Below, piece after piece: positions 1-9,724 of a stretch of DNA of 64,000 bases. The position numbers and the translations under genes are program-made. The notes beneath the pieces are model-generated. The model did not search any database, was not told the origin of the DNA, and was given only the letters and a program-made list of their open reading frames with translations. Source of the stretch: a bacterium (GTDB taxonomy: Bacteria; Zhuqueibacterota; Zhuqueibacteria; Zhuqueibacterales; Zhuqueibacteraceae); the NCBI GenBank assembly GCA_044869275.1, contig JBIOXB010000223.1:96001-160000 (forward strand), in the 5' to 3' direction. Each line of letters begins with the position of its first letter. Within the stretch, counting starts at the first letter, position 1.

Positions 1-2
1 AG

Positions 3-317
3 AACGGGAGAAACGGAGAGGGAAATTTTCCTCCCATTCCCCCATTCTCTCCAACGCTTGCAGTAGCAACAAAAAACTTGGGCGACCAAATCGAAATCCG
101 TATCCGTGATAACGGGGGCGGCATTCCGCCAGATATTCGTGAGAAAATTTTTGATCCTTTTTTCACCACGAAACCCACCGGGCAGGGCACGGGCTTGGGC
201 TTGTCGATCAGTCATGATATTGTCGTTTTGGAGCATAATGGCGAGATTAAAGTAGCAACGGAAGAAGGAAAGTTCACAGAGTTCATAATCCTGCTGCCGC
301 TGAGCGCAAGGCTGTGA
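3..317 (+). CDS. Sensor histidine kinase, C-terminal HATPase_c end (5' truncated by window edge)
   Basis: Frame is open from base 3; contains IRDNGGG (G1), FDPFFTTK (F box) and GQGTGLGLS (G2). Confidence 0.9.
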   Translation, partial: NGRNGEGNFPPIPPFSPTLAVATKNLGDQIEIRIRDNGGGIPPDIREKIFDPFFTTKPTGQGTGLGLSISHDIVVLEHNGEIKVATEEGKFTEFIILLPLSARL

Positions 318-631
318 CGGATGAAGCCGGCCGCGCCCATTCACTCTCACTCCCTCCCACACTTTCATGCACGCCGCTGCTTACAGTGCGCACAGTCTAT
401 CTCAACGTACAAACCGGAATCCGCATTCGTGACAGTGGCAACGGCATTCCCCGGGACATTCGCGACAAAATCTTCAATCCTTTTTTCACCACCAAACCGA
501 CGGGGCAAGGCACAGGCTTGGGCTTGTCGATCAGCTATCACATCATCGTGCAGGAGCACAAAGGGGAAATTGGGATGGAATCAGAGGAGGAAAAATTCAC
601 GGAGTTTGTAATTGACCTGCAAAAGCCCTAA
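314..631 (+). pseudogene. Orphan HATPase_c C-terminal half (paralogous kinase fragment)
   Basis: Has [15 protein letters not shown] and GQGTGLGLS but no H box or N box; its N-terminal ~30 aa are low-complexity; GTG overlaps the upstream TGA. Confidence 0.65.
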
Positions 632-726
632 ATTGCGGGCCGCGGGACCAAAATCTTGCGGCGCCGGGGCGGGAAAACAAGCCATGGGGTATCGGCAGTT
701 TATGAATGAGAGGAATGTAAACGACG

Positions 727-1101
727 ATGAGCATGAAGATTATGGTGGTTGATGACGAGCAAGACGTGCAAGTGCTTTTTCAACAACGCTTCCGCAAGGA
801 GGTGAAAGCCGGCCAGCTTGAATTTCAGTTTGCGCTCTCCGGAGAGGCGGCATGGACTTTTTTGGAACAGCAAGCTCCCTCGGAGGCCTTTTTGATTCTT
901 TCCGATATCAACATGCCGGGCATGAACGGCTTGGAATTGTTGAAGCGCATCAAAGCGAAATATTCTCATTTAAAGGTGTTCATGATTACGGCTTACGGTG
1001 ACGAGAATTATTACCGCACGGCCATCGCCAGCGGCGCCGACGGCTATGCCACCAAGCCGATCAATTTCGACGAATTGAAGAAAAACATCCTTCATCTGTG
1101 A
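727..1101 (+). CDS. Single-domain response regulator (REC)
   Basis: VVDDE, SDINMPGMNGLELL, ITAY and TKP motifs. Confidence 0.95.
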   Translation: MSMKIMVVDDEQDVQVLFQQRFRKEVKAGQLEFQFALSGEAAWTFLEQQAPSEAFLILSDINMPGMNGLELLKRIKAKYSHLKVFMITAYGDENYYRTAIASGADGYATKPINFDELKKNILHL

Positions 1102-1110
1102 GACCAGCCC

Positions 1111-2262
1111 ATGCCAACCAAGATCCTCGTTGTGGACGACGAACCCGATTTGGAGCTGCTCATCAGCCAGAAATTTCGCAAGCCGGTGCGCGAGGGTGAG
1201 TTGGTTTTTGTCTTTGCGCAGAACGGCATCGAGGCTTTGCAAAAGCTGGAGCAAGACAGCGAGCTGGACGTGGTGCTCACCGACATCAATATGCCGGAGA
1301 TGGACGGCCTGGCGCTGCTGGCGAAGATCAACGTGCTTTACCCCCTGGTCAAATCCGTCATCGTCTCGGCCTACGGCGACATGGCGAACATCCGCACGGC
1401 GCTCAACCGCGGCGCGTTCGATTTCGTCACCAAGCCGATTGATTTCGGCGATCTCGAAATCACTCTCAATAAAACCATTCAAGAAGCGCGCGTGCGCAAA
1501 CAAGCGGCGAAAGATCACGATCGCTTGGTGGCGTTGCAACGGGAATTGGACGTCGCCCGCCGGATTCAGCAATCCATTTTGCCGCGCACTTTTCCGCAGC
1601 TTCAGAATTTCGCGCTTTGCGCGGAAATGATTACGGCCAAGGAAGTGGGCGGAGATCTGTACGATTTTTTTATGATTGATGACGATCGTCTGGGGTTCAT
1701 GATCGGCGATGCCTCGGGCAAAGGCGTGCCGGCGGCATTGTTCATGGCTGTGAGCCGCACGCTGCTGCGCTCGACCGCGCTGCGCGGTGCCTCCCCCGAC
1801 GAATGCTTGCAGCAAGTCAACGCCTTGCTGCATGCGAACAGCGATCACGAAACGTTCATTACGCTCTTTTACGCCATCTTGGACACGCGCAACGGTGAAA
1901 TCGCCTATTGCAACGCCGGCCACAATCCGCCCTATCTTTTGCGGCGCAGCGGCGACCTCGAAAGCGTGACGGCGGCGGGCGGACTGATGCTGGGCCTGTT
2001 TGGACATGCCACCTATCAGATCGGCAAGCTCACGCTGCAGCCCGGCGATCGCTTGATCATGTTCACGGATGGCGTGACCGAAGCAAAAAACCCCGCACAG
2101 GATGATTTTACCGAAGCGCGCCTGGAAGAATTTTTGCGGCGCGCGCCAGGAACTGCATTGCCGCAATTGATCTCCGGCATGATCAGTGAAGTGCAAGCTT
2201 TCGCCGGCGGTGCGCCGCAGGCCGATGATCTGACGGTCTTGGCGCTGGGCCACACGGGGTGA
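1111..2262 (+). CDS. REC-SpoIIE/PP2C phosphatase (RsbU/RsbP-like)
   Basis: N-terminal REC domain; EVGGDLYD, IGDASGKG, NAGHNPP, FTDGVTEA and DDLT motifs. Confidence 0.95.
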   Translation: MPTKILVVDDEPDLELLISQKFRKPVREGELVFVFAQNGIEALQKLEQDSELDVVLTDINMPEMDGLALLAKINVLYPLVKSVIVSAYGDMANIRTALNRGAFDFVTKPIDFGDLEITLNKTIQEARVRKQAAKDHDRLVALQRELDVARRIQQSILPRTFPQLQNFALCAEMITAKEVGGDLYDFFMIDDDRLGFMIGDASGKGVPAALFMAVSRTLLRSTALRGASPDECLQQVNALLHANSDHETFITLFYAILDTRNGEIAYCNAGHNPPYLLRRSGDLESVTAAGGLMLGLFGHATYQIGKLTLQPGDRLIMFTDGVTEAKNPAQDDFTEARLEEFLRRAPGTALPQLISGMISEVQAFAGGAPQADDLTVLALGHTG

Positions 2263-2299
2263 GACGAATTGGCGTAATCACATCGTTAAATTCTGCCAT

Positions 2300-5200
2300 A
2301 TGCTGACGCGGAATCATCTCTCTGTATTAATCCTGTTGGTGTGTTGCGCCCAGACCGTGCCCGCCCGGGCACAGAGTAGCTTGGCATCCACTCCGGGCCG
2401 AGAGGCGCGGAATGCGGAGATCGGCATTCCCTACTTAAAGAATTTTAGCCCCAAGGACTATAATGCTGACGCGCAGAATTGGGCGATCGTACAAGATCGG
2501 CGCGGCGTCATGTACTTCGGCAATAACAGCGGTGTATTGGAATATGATGGTGTGTCGTGGCGTGCGATTCCTGTGGCCAATGGCAGCGCGGTGCGAGCGT
2601 TGGCATTGGATGGCGATGGCAGAATTTATGTCGGCGCGCAAGGGGAATTCGGATATTTGGCGCCAGCGCAAGAAGACAACAGAACGGGGCAAGTGCAATA
2701 CGTCTCTCTGCGTGACAGTGTGCCGGCGGAGTACCGCGATTTCGCGGATATCGCCAAGTGCTATGTGACTTCGAGTGGTGTTTATTTTCAAGCCCTCGAT
2801 CGTTTATTCCTGTGGCCGCGCCACGGCAGTACGCGAGTTTGGAAGCCGGAGATGCCGTTTCATCTTTCGTTTGTCGTGCGTGACCACTTCTACATTCGCC
2901 AACCGGGCGTCGGCCTTTTGCAAATGCTGGGAGATTCACTGCAATTAGCGCCCGATGGTGAAAAGTTCGCGCACGTGCGCATTTATTTCATGGCGCCAGC
3001 GGGCGATGATAAAATTATGATCGGCACACGCGAGCAAGGGTTGTTCTGGTATGACGGCGCCGTGGCGCGACCCTTTGCCACGGAAGTTGATGCGTTTCTG
3101 CTCGAGCATCAAATTTATCACGGTGAGGGATTGCCCAATGGCGACTTCGCTCTGGGGACACTTCGGGGCGGCGCCGCCATCATTGCACAGGATGGCAAGT
3201 TGCGACAACTCTTGAATAAAACGGCCGGAATTCAGGACGAGGTCGTCAGATTCGTTTATACGGATCGCCAAGACGGCCTGTGGCTGGCATTAGATAATGG
3301 CATTACGCGCGCGGAAGCGCTCGGCCTGCTCTCTCATTTTGACGAACGCGCGGGCGTCGTCGGTAGTGTCCAATCAATTCTGCGCCACAAAGGACGATTA
3401 TATGTTGCAACTGGCAGCGGCGTGTCTTATTTGCAACCATCCACAGCCGAAAGGGATCGGGCAATTTTGCCATTGCCGGTGTTCAAGCCCGTCATGGGGA
3501 TTATCGGAGAGAGTTGGAATCTTCTCTCCGCCGGCGAGGCTTTACTGGCCGCGGTAAACGACGGCGTTTATCAAATTCATGGCGAGCAAGCTGAACTCAT
3601 CAGAAGCTGGGATGAACATTCCTTGGCGCTCTATTGCTCTAAGATCGATACGGCTCGCGTCTACGTGGGCCTGAGAGACGGTCTCGCCGCCATGCGCCGC
3701 TCCGGTACTCAATGGAGCGATGAAGGCAAAATCACCGGAGTTGATGAAGAGATTCGCAGTATTTTGGAAACGCCCGGAGGCCTGTTGTGGCTGGGAACGC
3801 GTTCGCAGGGATATATTCGGGTTGACTTCTCGGCGGGATTCGTCAAAAATCCAAAAATCGAAAGATATGATTCCCGACACGGGTTGCCCAAAAAGTTAGG
3901 ATTGGTTACTGCGTTTGCGCTGGGGGATCGTGAAGTGTTTGCTACCGAAGGAGGAATTTATAGCTTCGATCAAAAGACCAATCGCTTTTTCCCTGATTCG
4001 ACATTCGCGGTTGCTCAAGGCAATGAGACGGAGAAAACAGGCGAAGTGGTGCCGGACCAGGCTGGTAATATATGGATGCAATTGGCCAAAAAAAGAAAGG
4101 AAATCGGTCTGGCAAAACGCCACCCAGATGGCGCTTACGATTGGCAATCGGCCCCGTTAAACCCCTTCGCGGATTTTGCGGTTTGGGATATCTGTCCGGA
4201 AGGAAGCGGGGTGATTTGGTTCGGCGGCCCGGACGGTTTGATTCGATATGATGCCAATATTGAAAAGGACTATGCGGTTGATTTTACCGCTCTCATACGC
4301 AAGGTGATGACCATCAAAAGCGACTCGCTGCTTTACGATGGCGAGAGCGCAATGCAAAGCGGCACCGCCTTTTTCCCTATTTTGGACCATGACGATAACA
4401 GCTTACGGTTTGAATTTGCCGCAGCGAGCTATGACGGCGAAGCCGGCAATCAATTTCAATATTTTTTGGAAGGCTTCGATGCAAACTGGTCGGAGTGGAC
4501 GAGGGAAACCAAAAAAGACTATACCAACATCTTTGAAGGCAGATATCGTTTTCGGGTTCGTGCTAAGAATATCTATGATTATTTGAGTGCGGAAGCCATT
4601 TATTCATTCAAAATCCTGCCGCCCTGGTATCGTGCGTGGTGGGCTTATATTTTTTATGCCGGCGCGATTGGGTTCGCTATTTATAGCTTCATTAGATATC
4701 GCACCCGCCAGCTCGTGCAGCGCAGCCGCACGCTCGAAAAGACCGTGCAGCAACGCACCGAGGAAATTCGGCAGCAAGCGGAGGAATTGGAAACGCTCGA
4801 CGGCATCGTAAGAAATATCAATCAGGAAGTCGTTCTTGAAAGTGTGTTGCGTTCGTTGCTGGAGCAAGGCTTGAAGCTATTCCCGCAGGCGGAAAAAGCT
4901 TCTGTGCTGCTTTATGATCACGCCAGCGGCCGGTTCGAGTTTGCCGCGGCTGCCGGCTATGATCTGGGCTTGCTGAAGAATATTTCCTTCAGCCCGGAGC
5001 AGCTCGCCAGCCGTTACACGATGAGCTCGGAGGAAGTGGGTGAGGGCGTTTATATCGTGCGCAATTTGCAGAATCTTTATATTGAGGAAGAACGAAACGC
5101 CGTTTCCCGGCTGATATCGGTGCTGGCGATGACGGTCGTTCGAGAAGGCAAAACCGAGGCTTATTTGGTGTTTGATAATCTGTCGAGCGCCGAGGCCTTT

Positions 5201-6139
5201 AGCCATTCTGATGCACGAAAGCTCAGCCGCTTCCGCAGCCATGCTATTTCGGCGATGGTCAAGGCGAAAATCTTGCAGGAGCTGCAAGAGAAAAATGTGG
5301 AAATTATCCGGACGCAGCAGCAGCTGGTCATGCAGGAAAAACTGGCTTCGCTCGGCGCGCTGACCGCGGGTATTGCGCATGAGATCAAAAACCCATTGAA
5401 CTTTGTCAATAATTTTGCCGAGTTGTCGGTGGAATTGGTGCATGAATTGTGTGAAGAAATCGAGCAGCAAACCGGCAAAATCGAGTCCCGCGCCGCAGCG
5501 GCCATTGCTGACACATTGCGCACCCTGCAACAAAACGCGCAGAAGATCAACGAGCATGGCAAGCGCGCCGACAGCATCGTGCGCGGCATGCTTCAGCATT
5601 CGCGGACGCAAGCCGGTGAGCGCGAAGGCGCGGATATCAACGCCCTGGTGCAACAAGCGGTCAATCTATCCTATCATGGCATGCGGGCACAAGAGGCGGG
5701 GTTCAATATTTCCATTCAAGAAAACTATGACGCCGCCGTGGGAATCATAGAAGCAATGCCGCAAGATTTAAGCCGGGTGTTCTTGAATATCATCAACAAC
5801 GCCTGTTATGCCGCGCAGCAAAAAAAGAAAAAACTGGAAGGCACTCCCTTGAGCCTGGCGCGGGAGGCGTTCGCCCCCACCTTGAGCGTGCGCACGAAAA
5901 GCCTGGGGGATAAAGTGGAAATTCGCATTCGAGACAACGGCGACGGCATTCCTGGCGAAGTGCGCAACAAGATTTTCAATCCTTTCTTCACCACCAAACC
6001 CACCGGGCAGGGCACTGGGTTGGGGCTGTCCATCAGCTACGACATCATTCAGCAACACGGCGGTGAGATCAGCGTTGAAACAGAAGAAGGAAACTACACG
6101 GAGTTCATCCTCCATTTGCCAACGAATGGAAAACGCTAG
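2300..6139 (+). CDS. Membrane sensor histidine kinase with periplasmic beta-propeller, Y_Y_Y domain, GAF-like region and HisKA/HATPase
   Basis: Signal peptide, propeller repeats, YFLEGFD..WS..Y Y_Y_Y motif, PPWY transmembrane segment, AHEIKNPL H box, G boxes. Confidence 0.95.
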   Translation: MLTRNHLSVLILLVCCAQTVPARAQSSLASTPGREARNAEIGIPYLKNFSPKDYNADAQNWAIVQDRRGVMYFGNNSGVLEYDGVSWRAIPVANGSAVRALALDGDGRIYVGAQGEFGYLAPAQEDNRTGQVQYVSLRDSVPAEYRDFADIAKCYVTSSGVYFQALDRLFLWPRHGSTRVWKPEMPFHLSFVVRDHFYIRQPGVGLLQMLGDSLQLAPDGEKFAHVRIYFMAPAGDDKIMIGTREQGLFWYDGAVARPFATEVDAFLLEHQIYHGEGLPNGDFALGTLRGGAAIIAQDGKLRQLLNKTAGIQDEVVRFVYTDRQDGLWLALDNGITRAEALGLLSHFDERAGVVGSVQSILRHKGRLYVATGSGVSYLQPSTAERDRAILPLPVFKPVMGIIGESWNLLSAGEALLAAVNDGVYQIHGEQAELIRSWDEHSLALYCSKIDTARVYVGLRDGLAAMRRSGTQWSDEGKITGVDEEIRSILETPGGLLWLGTRSQGYIRVDFSAGFVKNPKIERYDSRHGLPKKLGLVTAFALGDREVFATEGGIYSFDQKTNRFFPDSTFAVAQGNETEKTGEVVPDQAGNIWMQLAKKRKEIGLAKRHPDGAYDWQSAPLNPFADFAVWDICPEGSGVIWFGGPDGLIRYDANIEKDYAVDFTALIRKVMTIKSDSLLYDGESAMQSGTAFFPILDHDDNSLRFEFAAASYDGEAGNQFQYFLEGFDANWSEWTRETKKDYTNIFEGRYRFRVRAKNIYDYLSAEAIYSFKILPPWYRAWWAYIFYAGAIGFAIYSFIRYRTRQLVQRSRTLEKTVQQRTEEIRQQAEELETLDGIVRNINQEVVLESVLRSLLEQGLKLFPQAEKASVLLYDHASGRFEFAAAAGYDLGLLKNISFSPEQLASRYTMSSEEVGEGVYIVRNLQNLYIEEERNAVSRLISVLAMTVVREGKTEAYLVFDNLSSAEAFSHSDARKLSRFRSHAISAMVKAKILQELQEKNVEIIRTQQQLVMQEKLASLGALTAGIAHEIKNPLNFVNNFAELSVELVHELCEEIEQQTGKIESRAAAAIADTLRTLQQNAQKINEHGKRADSIVRGMLQHSRTQAGEREGADINALVQQAVNLSYHGMRAQEAGFNISIQENYDAAVGIIEAMPQDLSRVFLNIINNACYAAQQKKKKLEGTPLSLAREAFAPTLSVRTKSLGDKVEIRIRDNGDGIPGEVRNKIFNPFFTTKPTGQGTGLGLSISYDIIQQHGGEISVETEEGNYTEFILHLPTNGKR

Positions 6140-6152
6140 ACCAAACGCCCTG

Positions 6153-6208
6153 CAGTCACTGTTTAGTGATCAGTAATTGGTGATCACTTACTGAATACTG
6201 TTCACTGA
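6153..6208. repeat. Heptamer-periodic palindrome between convergent genes (possible terminator)
   Basis: CAGTcactgtTTAGTGATCAGT...ACTGAATACTGTTCACTG. Confidence 0.6.
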
Positions 6209-6217
6209 TTCCCTCTT

Positions 6218-8074
6218 CTACTTCGTCAGTATCATCTTCTTCGTTTGCTCAAAGCCATTCACGCGCAATTTGTAGAAGTACATGCCGCTGGGCACCGCCT
6301 GGCCGCGCTGATCTTTGCCATCCCAATTTATCGCATGCGGACCGGCCGGCATCTCGCTCGTGATCAAAGTCCGTACTTCCTGGCCTTGTAGGTTGTAAAT
6401 CGACAGGCGCACGTCGCCGGCTTCTTTCAGGTCAAAGCGAATCGTGGTTGTGGGATTGAACGGGTTCGGATAATTCTGCTGCAACTGATAACTCGTCACT
6501 GACGACTGATCACTCGCTACTGCTTCCACGGACGGCGCCGGCTTGGTCAAATTCGCTGCGAAGGAGTGGGGGACGAAAACGGCGCCTTCGTCCACCGTCA
6601 CGGCGTTAGCCACCACCGCGCCTTTGAAGCGGCAATCCTCATTGAAATGAACTTCAGCATTGGGCGCATAAATCCAGCCCAAAATCAAAGCGCATTCCCC
6701 GATGTCGACGATCTTCCGCTGCAGAGTGACAAAACTGACTTGATGCGTTGCCGCCTGGCCGGAGGGTGTGATCACGATTTCAATCTCCTCGTCAAAAGCC
6801 AGTTTAGAGACAACGTTGACACTCACCGGGCCGTGGGAAACATCGATGGAAATGACAGCGCCTTTGTCCACGTCAAGTTCGTCGAGAAAGTATTCGCCAG
6901 AACGCAGGAATAACGTGCCGTGTTCTTTGACGCTCACCTCACCGTATGCGCCCGGTGGCAAGCTCAGTGTGCCGCGCTTGGGGATGGTCACCGCGGTGTT
7001 ACCAGCGGCAAAGGAAAATGTTGGCAATACCAGTGGCGCAGCCTGCGCTGCTGCTTGGGCTTGTCCACTGATACTGGCGTTGCCTTCGAGCCTGAGAGTG
7101 CCGCCGGCAAAAGCATCGCCCACGATCGCATTGTTTCTTTTGATCGTGATGTCGCCAACGGCTGTGAGGTTGCCGGTGTGCGTGCCGGGCTCGCCTTTGC
7201 CGAACGCGATTTTGCCATTGGAATGAAGGTCGCCAGCGGAGGTTTGGTTGCCGTCAATTTTCACCAGGCTGTCGGCGAGAAAAACAAAGCCGCGTGCAAT
7301 CGTCAAGCGTGAGAATCCGGGTACACCGCCTTTGGAGATCGTTTTCGTAGTAGCGTCGATTGTGCCGCCGAGAAATTCCCAAGTGGAGGCCGCGGCAATT
7401 TGAGTCAAGTTCTTGCCGCCGTTGGCTTGTGACAGCGCAACCGCATCATGGGATATAAAAAGCGCCAAGTCTGCTTCCGACACGTCGTCGAGCTCGGAGG
7501 CGTCGTAACGAAATTCAACAAAGGCGTTCAAGTTGCCATTATTGGTGGGCTGGACGTCGAAAAAACGCCGGCTGCTGAACGTGGCTGGCGTCAGTTGTTG
7601 CTGCTGATTGCCGCGCGCGATCGTGGTTTGGCCCAAACCGACGCTGGTTCGGATCGTCAAACCAAAGTTGCCGACGTTTTGCCCCGCGGTGAGATTGTTT
7701 AGCATGCGCGTGACGCTGATGCTCCCGCCGCCGCCGATGACGATGTTTCCGGGCGTTTCCTGCAAGGCCGCGAATTCCCCGAAAATGACGGTGTTGCCGT
7801 TCAAATTGAAATCGCCGTTCAAGGTCGCGAGCGTGCCCGTGATGGTAATGCTCTTGCTCAAAGTCACTCCCGCGGCATTGTTGACCGTCAGATCGTGCAC
7901 GACGTCGGGCAGTTCGTCGCCGGTAATGATCGGGGTCGTGCCTTCGTAGAGAATATCGTCCGAGCGGGAGGACACATAACCATCACCATTTCCGCCGCTG
8001 TATTGCGCTCGTGCCGGGTAGCTCATGAGCACCATGGTGGCCAGCAGGAGGAGAAGCTGGAATTTTGTTTTCAT
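6218..8074 (-). CDS. Secreted protein: N-terminal YSGGNGDGY motif, predicted beta-solenoid regions, T9SS-type/FlgD-Ig C-terminal domain
   Basis: ATG at 8074 with GGAGA RBS; signal peptide ends ARA-Q; ends with QNYPNPFNPTTTIRF...WDGKD...SGMYFYKL...KKMILTK. Confidence 0.9.
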   Translation of the reverse strand: MKTKFQLLLLLATMVLMSYPARAQYSGGNGDGYVSSRSDDILYEGTTPIITGDELPDVVHDLTVNNAAGVTLSKSITITGTLATLNGDFNLNGNTVIFGEFAALQETPGNIVIGGGGSISVTRMLNNLTAGQNVGNFGLTIRTSVGLGQTTIARGNQQQQLTPATFSSRRFFDVQPTNNGNLNAFVEFRYDASELDDVSEADLALFISHDAVALSQANGGKNLTQIAAASTWEFLGGTIDATTKTISKGGVPGFSRLTIARGFVFLADSLVKIDGNQTSAGDLHSNGKIAFGKGEPGTHTGNLTAVGDITIKRNNAIVGDAFAGGTLRLEGNASISGQAQAAAQAAPLVLPTFSFAAGNTAVTIPKRGTLSLPPGAYGEVSVKEHGTLFLRSGEYFLDELDVDKGAVISIDVSHGPVSVNVVSKLAFDEEIEIVITPSGQAATHQVSFVTLQRKIVDIGECALILGWIYAPNAEVHFNEDCRFKGAVVANAVTVDEGAVFVPHSFAANLTKPAPSVEAVASDQSSVTSYQLQQNYPNPFNPTTTIRFDLKEAGDVRLSIYNLQGQEVRTLITSEMPAGPHAINWDGKDQRGQAVPSGMYFYKLRVNGFEQTKKMILTK

Positions 8075-8097
8075 TTTATGTGATCTCCGGATTTTTC

Positions 8098-8180
8098 CAT
8101 TCATCATTCATCGTTCACAATTCACCATTGACCATTGGCCACTGACAATTGTGAATTGTCAATTGTCAATGATGAATGAT
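8098..8180. repeat. Heptamer tandem array with inverted arms
   Basis: CATTCAT CATTCAT CGTTCAC AATTCAC CATTGAC ... GTGAATT GTCAATT GTCAATG ATGAATG. Confidence 0.85.
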
Positions 8181-8188
8181 TGTGCTCC

Positions 8189-9724
8189 TCACGGCGCGGT
8201 GCGCACGCAGCGGAAGCCGTGTTGATTCGCGCGTTGATCATCAGGTGTGGCCGCTCCGGCACGATCGGCCAAGCGCAGCAGCTGGGCTGCGGCTTTCCAT
8301 GCGCCGCCGCGTAGTCCGGAACCTGTGGCGCCGGTTACGCCGCGGGGGGCATAAGCATCAATTCCCGGCCAGTCCTTATTCGTGGCGTTGCCATTGAATC
8401 CCGCCACAGCCGAAAGCTCGCCGTCGCCGTGCGTGCCCGTGAAGCGGCGCCCTGCTGCATTCCCCAGAGTGACGGCGCGCTCGAATACATTCCCGCTCAA
8501 TTCCATTACGCCATAAAAAGAAGCACCGGCTTGCGCACGATCGCCGCCGGAAGCTGCCGCAAAAATTCCCGCACGCACCGGCCCATTGATGCCGGAATCG
8601 AAATTGGCGTTTGCACCGGAGGGACTGGCAGCCTCACTGCCGCTGCCATCGGTGCCAAGGTGCTCGGTTTGCCGCGTGATTTCGGCGCTGCCCCAAACGA
8701 ACTCGCCGCTGACGGCGGATTGATCCCCGCGGCTCGCTTTCTCAAACTCCAGCTCCGTCATGGGCCGCAAGCCGGCCCAGTCGGCATAGGCTGCGCCATC
8801 TTGCCAGGACAGAAAATTGCAGGCGCGATCGGGCGCGGTAGCGGCGAACACCGGATAGCCTCCGGCGATGGTCCCGCGAAAAGTCACATAATCCGTCGCA
8901 CCGGAGACGGCGCGCTGCTGGGCCTCTGTGCTCGTCAACAGATTCAAAAAATCGGCATATTGTCCCTGTGTGATTTCGTGCTTCATCAGGTAGAAGGCGG
9001 AGACACCCTTGGGAAATTTTTCAGATAGTTTCTGTTTGAGGTGGTCATTGAAGTCGTCTTCATGGGTCATGCCTTCCGCATTGTTATTGCCGAGGCTCCC
9101 CTTCCTGCCACCGCCCAGAGTGATATCGTCTTCTTCTTCGACCTCGAAAGGCTGGCCGGAATCGCCGTCTTCAAATTGCCCGCTGACGGGATGAGGATGG
9201 ATATCACCTGCATAGAAACTGCCAGAAGGAATGTACACCATTTCGAGCGCAATGACTTTTGCAATCACCGCACTGCCTATGCTGTTAACGCCGTCAATGG
9301 CATACTTCCAGCGCAATTGGACGTCCTGCCAACTGTTCGCGCCGGTGCCGTTGTATTTACGGAATATGAAAACGCCCTTGCCCCCCGGCACGGCTTTCAA
9401 TTTCGCGGGCACACCATTGTCGTTCAGAACGCTATGTTCGTCACTTTTGGACGAAAGCGTTGCATGCCGCCAGCTCTGGCCGCCATCGGTGCTGAATTTC
9501 ACGAAGACCCAAGCCGCGTCATAATTGTACGGCGCCGCTTTACCTGCGTCCTTCAAATCATTGCGCCAGGAATTCTGCCAGCTCAGGTCGAATTCGACTA
9601 TGCCGTGGCTGCCGGCTGCGGCTTCGCGCAGGGCAACATGTTTGACAGCGAGGCCGTTGGCTCGCGCGCTTCCGGTGAGCAGGCCTAGCATCATGAACAA
9701 CCACAGTTTTTTGCCAAGCTTCAT
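8189..9724 (-). CDS. SUMF1/FGE-sulfatase-fold (C-type lectin-like) secreted protein lacking the FGE catalytic cysteines
   Basis: MKLGKK signal peptide (ATG 9724, GGAG RBS); MVYIPSGSF, MKHEITQGQY, GLRPMTELEFEKA, ELSGNVFE, RGGAW and GFRCVR motifs. Confidence 0.9.
   Translation of the reverse strand: MKLGKKLWLFMMLGLLTGSARANGLAVKHVALREAAAGSHGIVEFDLSWQNSWRNDLKDAGKAAPYNYDAAWVFVKFSTDGGQSWRHATLSSKSDEHSVLNDNGVPAKLKAVPGGKGVFIFRKYNGTGANSWQDVQLRWKYAIDGVNSIGSAVIAKVIALEMVYIPSGSFYAGDIHPHPVSGQFEDGDSGQPFEVEEEDDITLGGGRKGSLGNNNAEGMTHEDDFNDHLKQKLSEKFPKGVSAFYLMKHEITQGQYADFLNLLTSTEAQQRAVSGATDYVTFRGTIAGGYPVFAATAPDRACNFLSWQDGAAYADWAGLRPMTELEFEKASRGDQSAVSGEFVWGSAEITRQTEHLGTDGSGSEAASPSGANANFDSGINGPVRAGIFAAASGGDRAQAGASFYGVMELSGNVFERAVTLGNAAGRRFTGTHGDGELSAVAGFNGNATNKDWPGIDAYAPRGVTGATGSGLRGGAWKAAAQLLRLADRAGAATPDDQRANQHGFRCVRTAP

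Noticed and set aside
8098..8180. CRISPR array (also considered for 13746-13850 and other repeats)
   Set aside because: Units are 7-14 nt tandem repeats with no unique spacers, and there are no cas genes.
8189..8400. Diversity-generating retroelement target (C-type lectin/FGE fold with possible C-terminal variable region)
   Set aside because: No reverse transcriptase, Avd or adenine-variant template copy of this 3' end was seen in the window.
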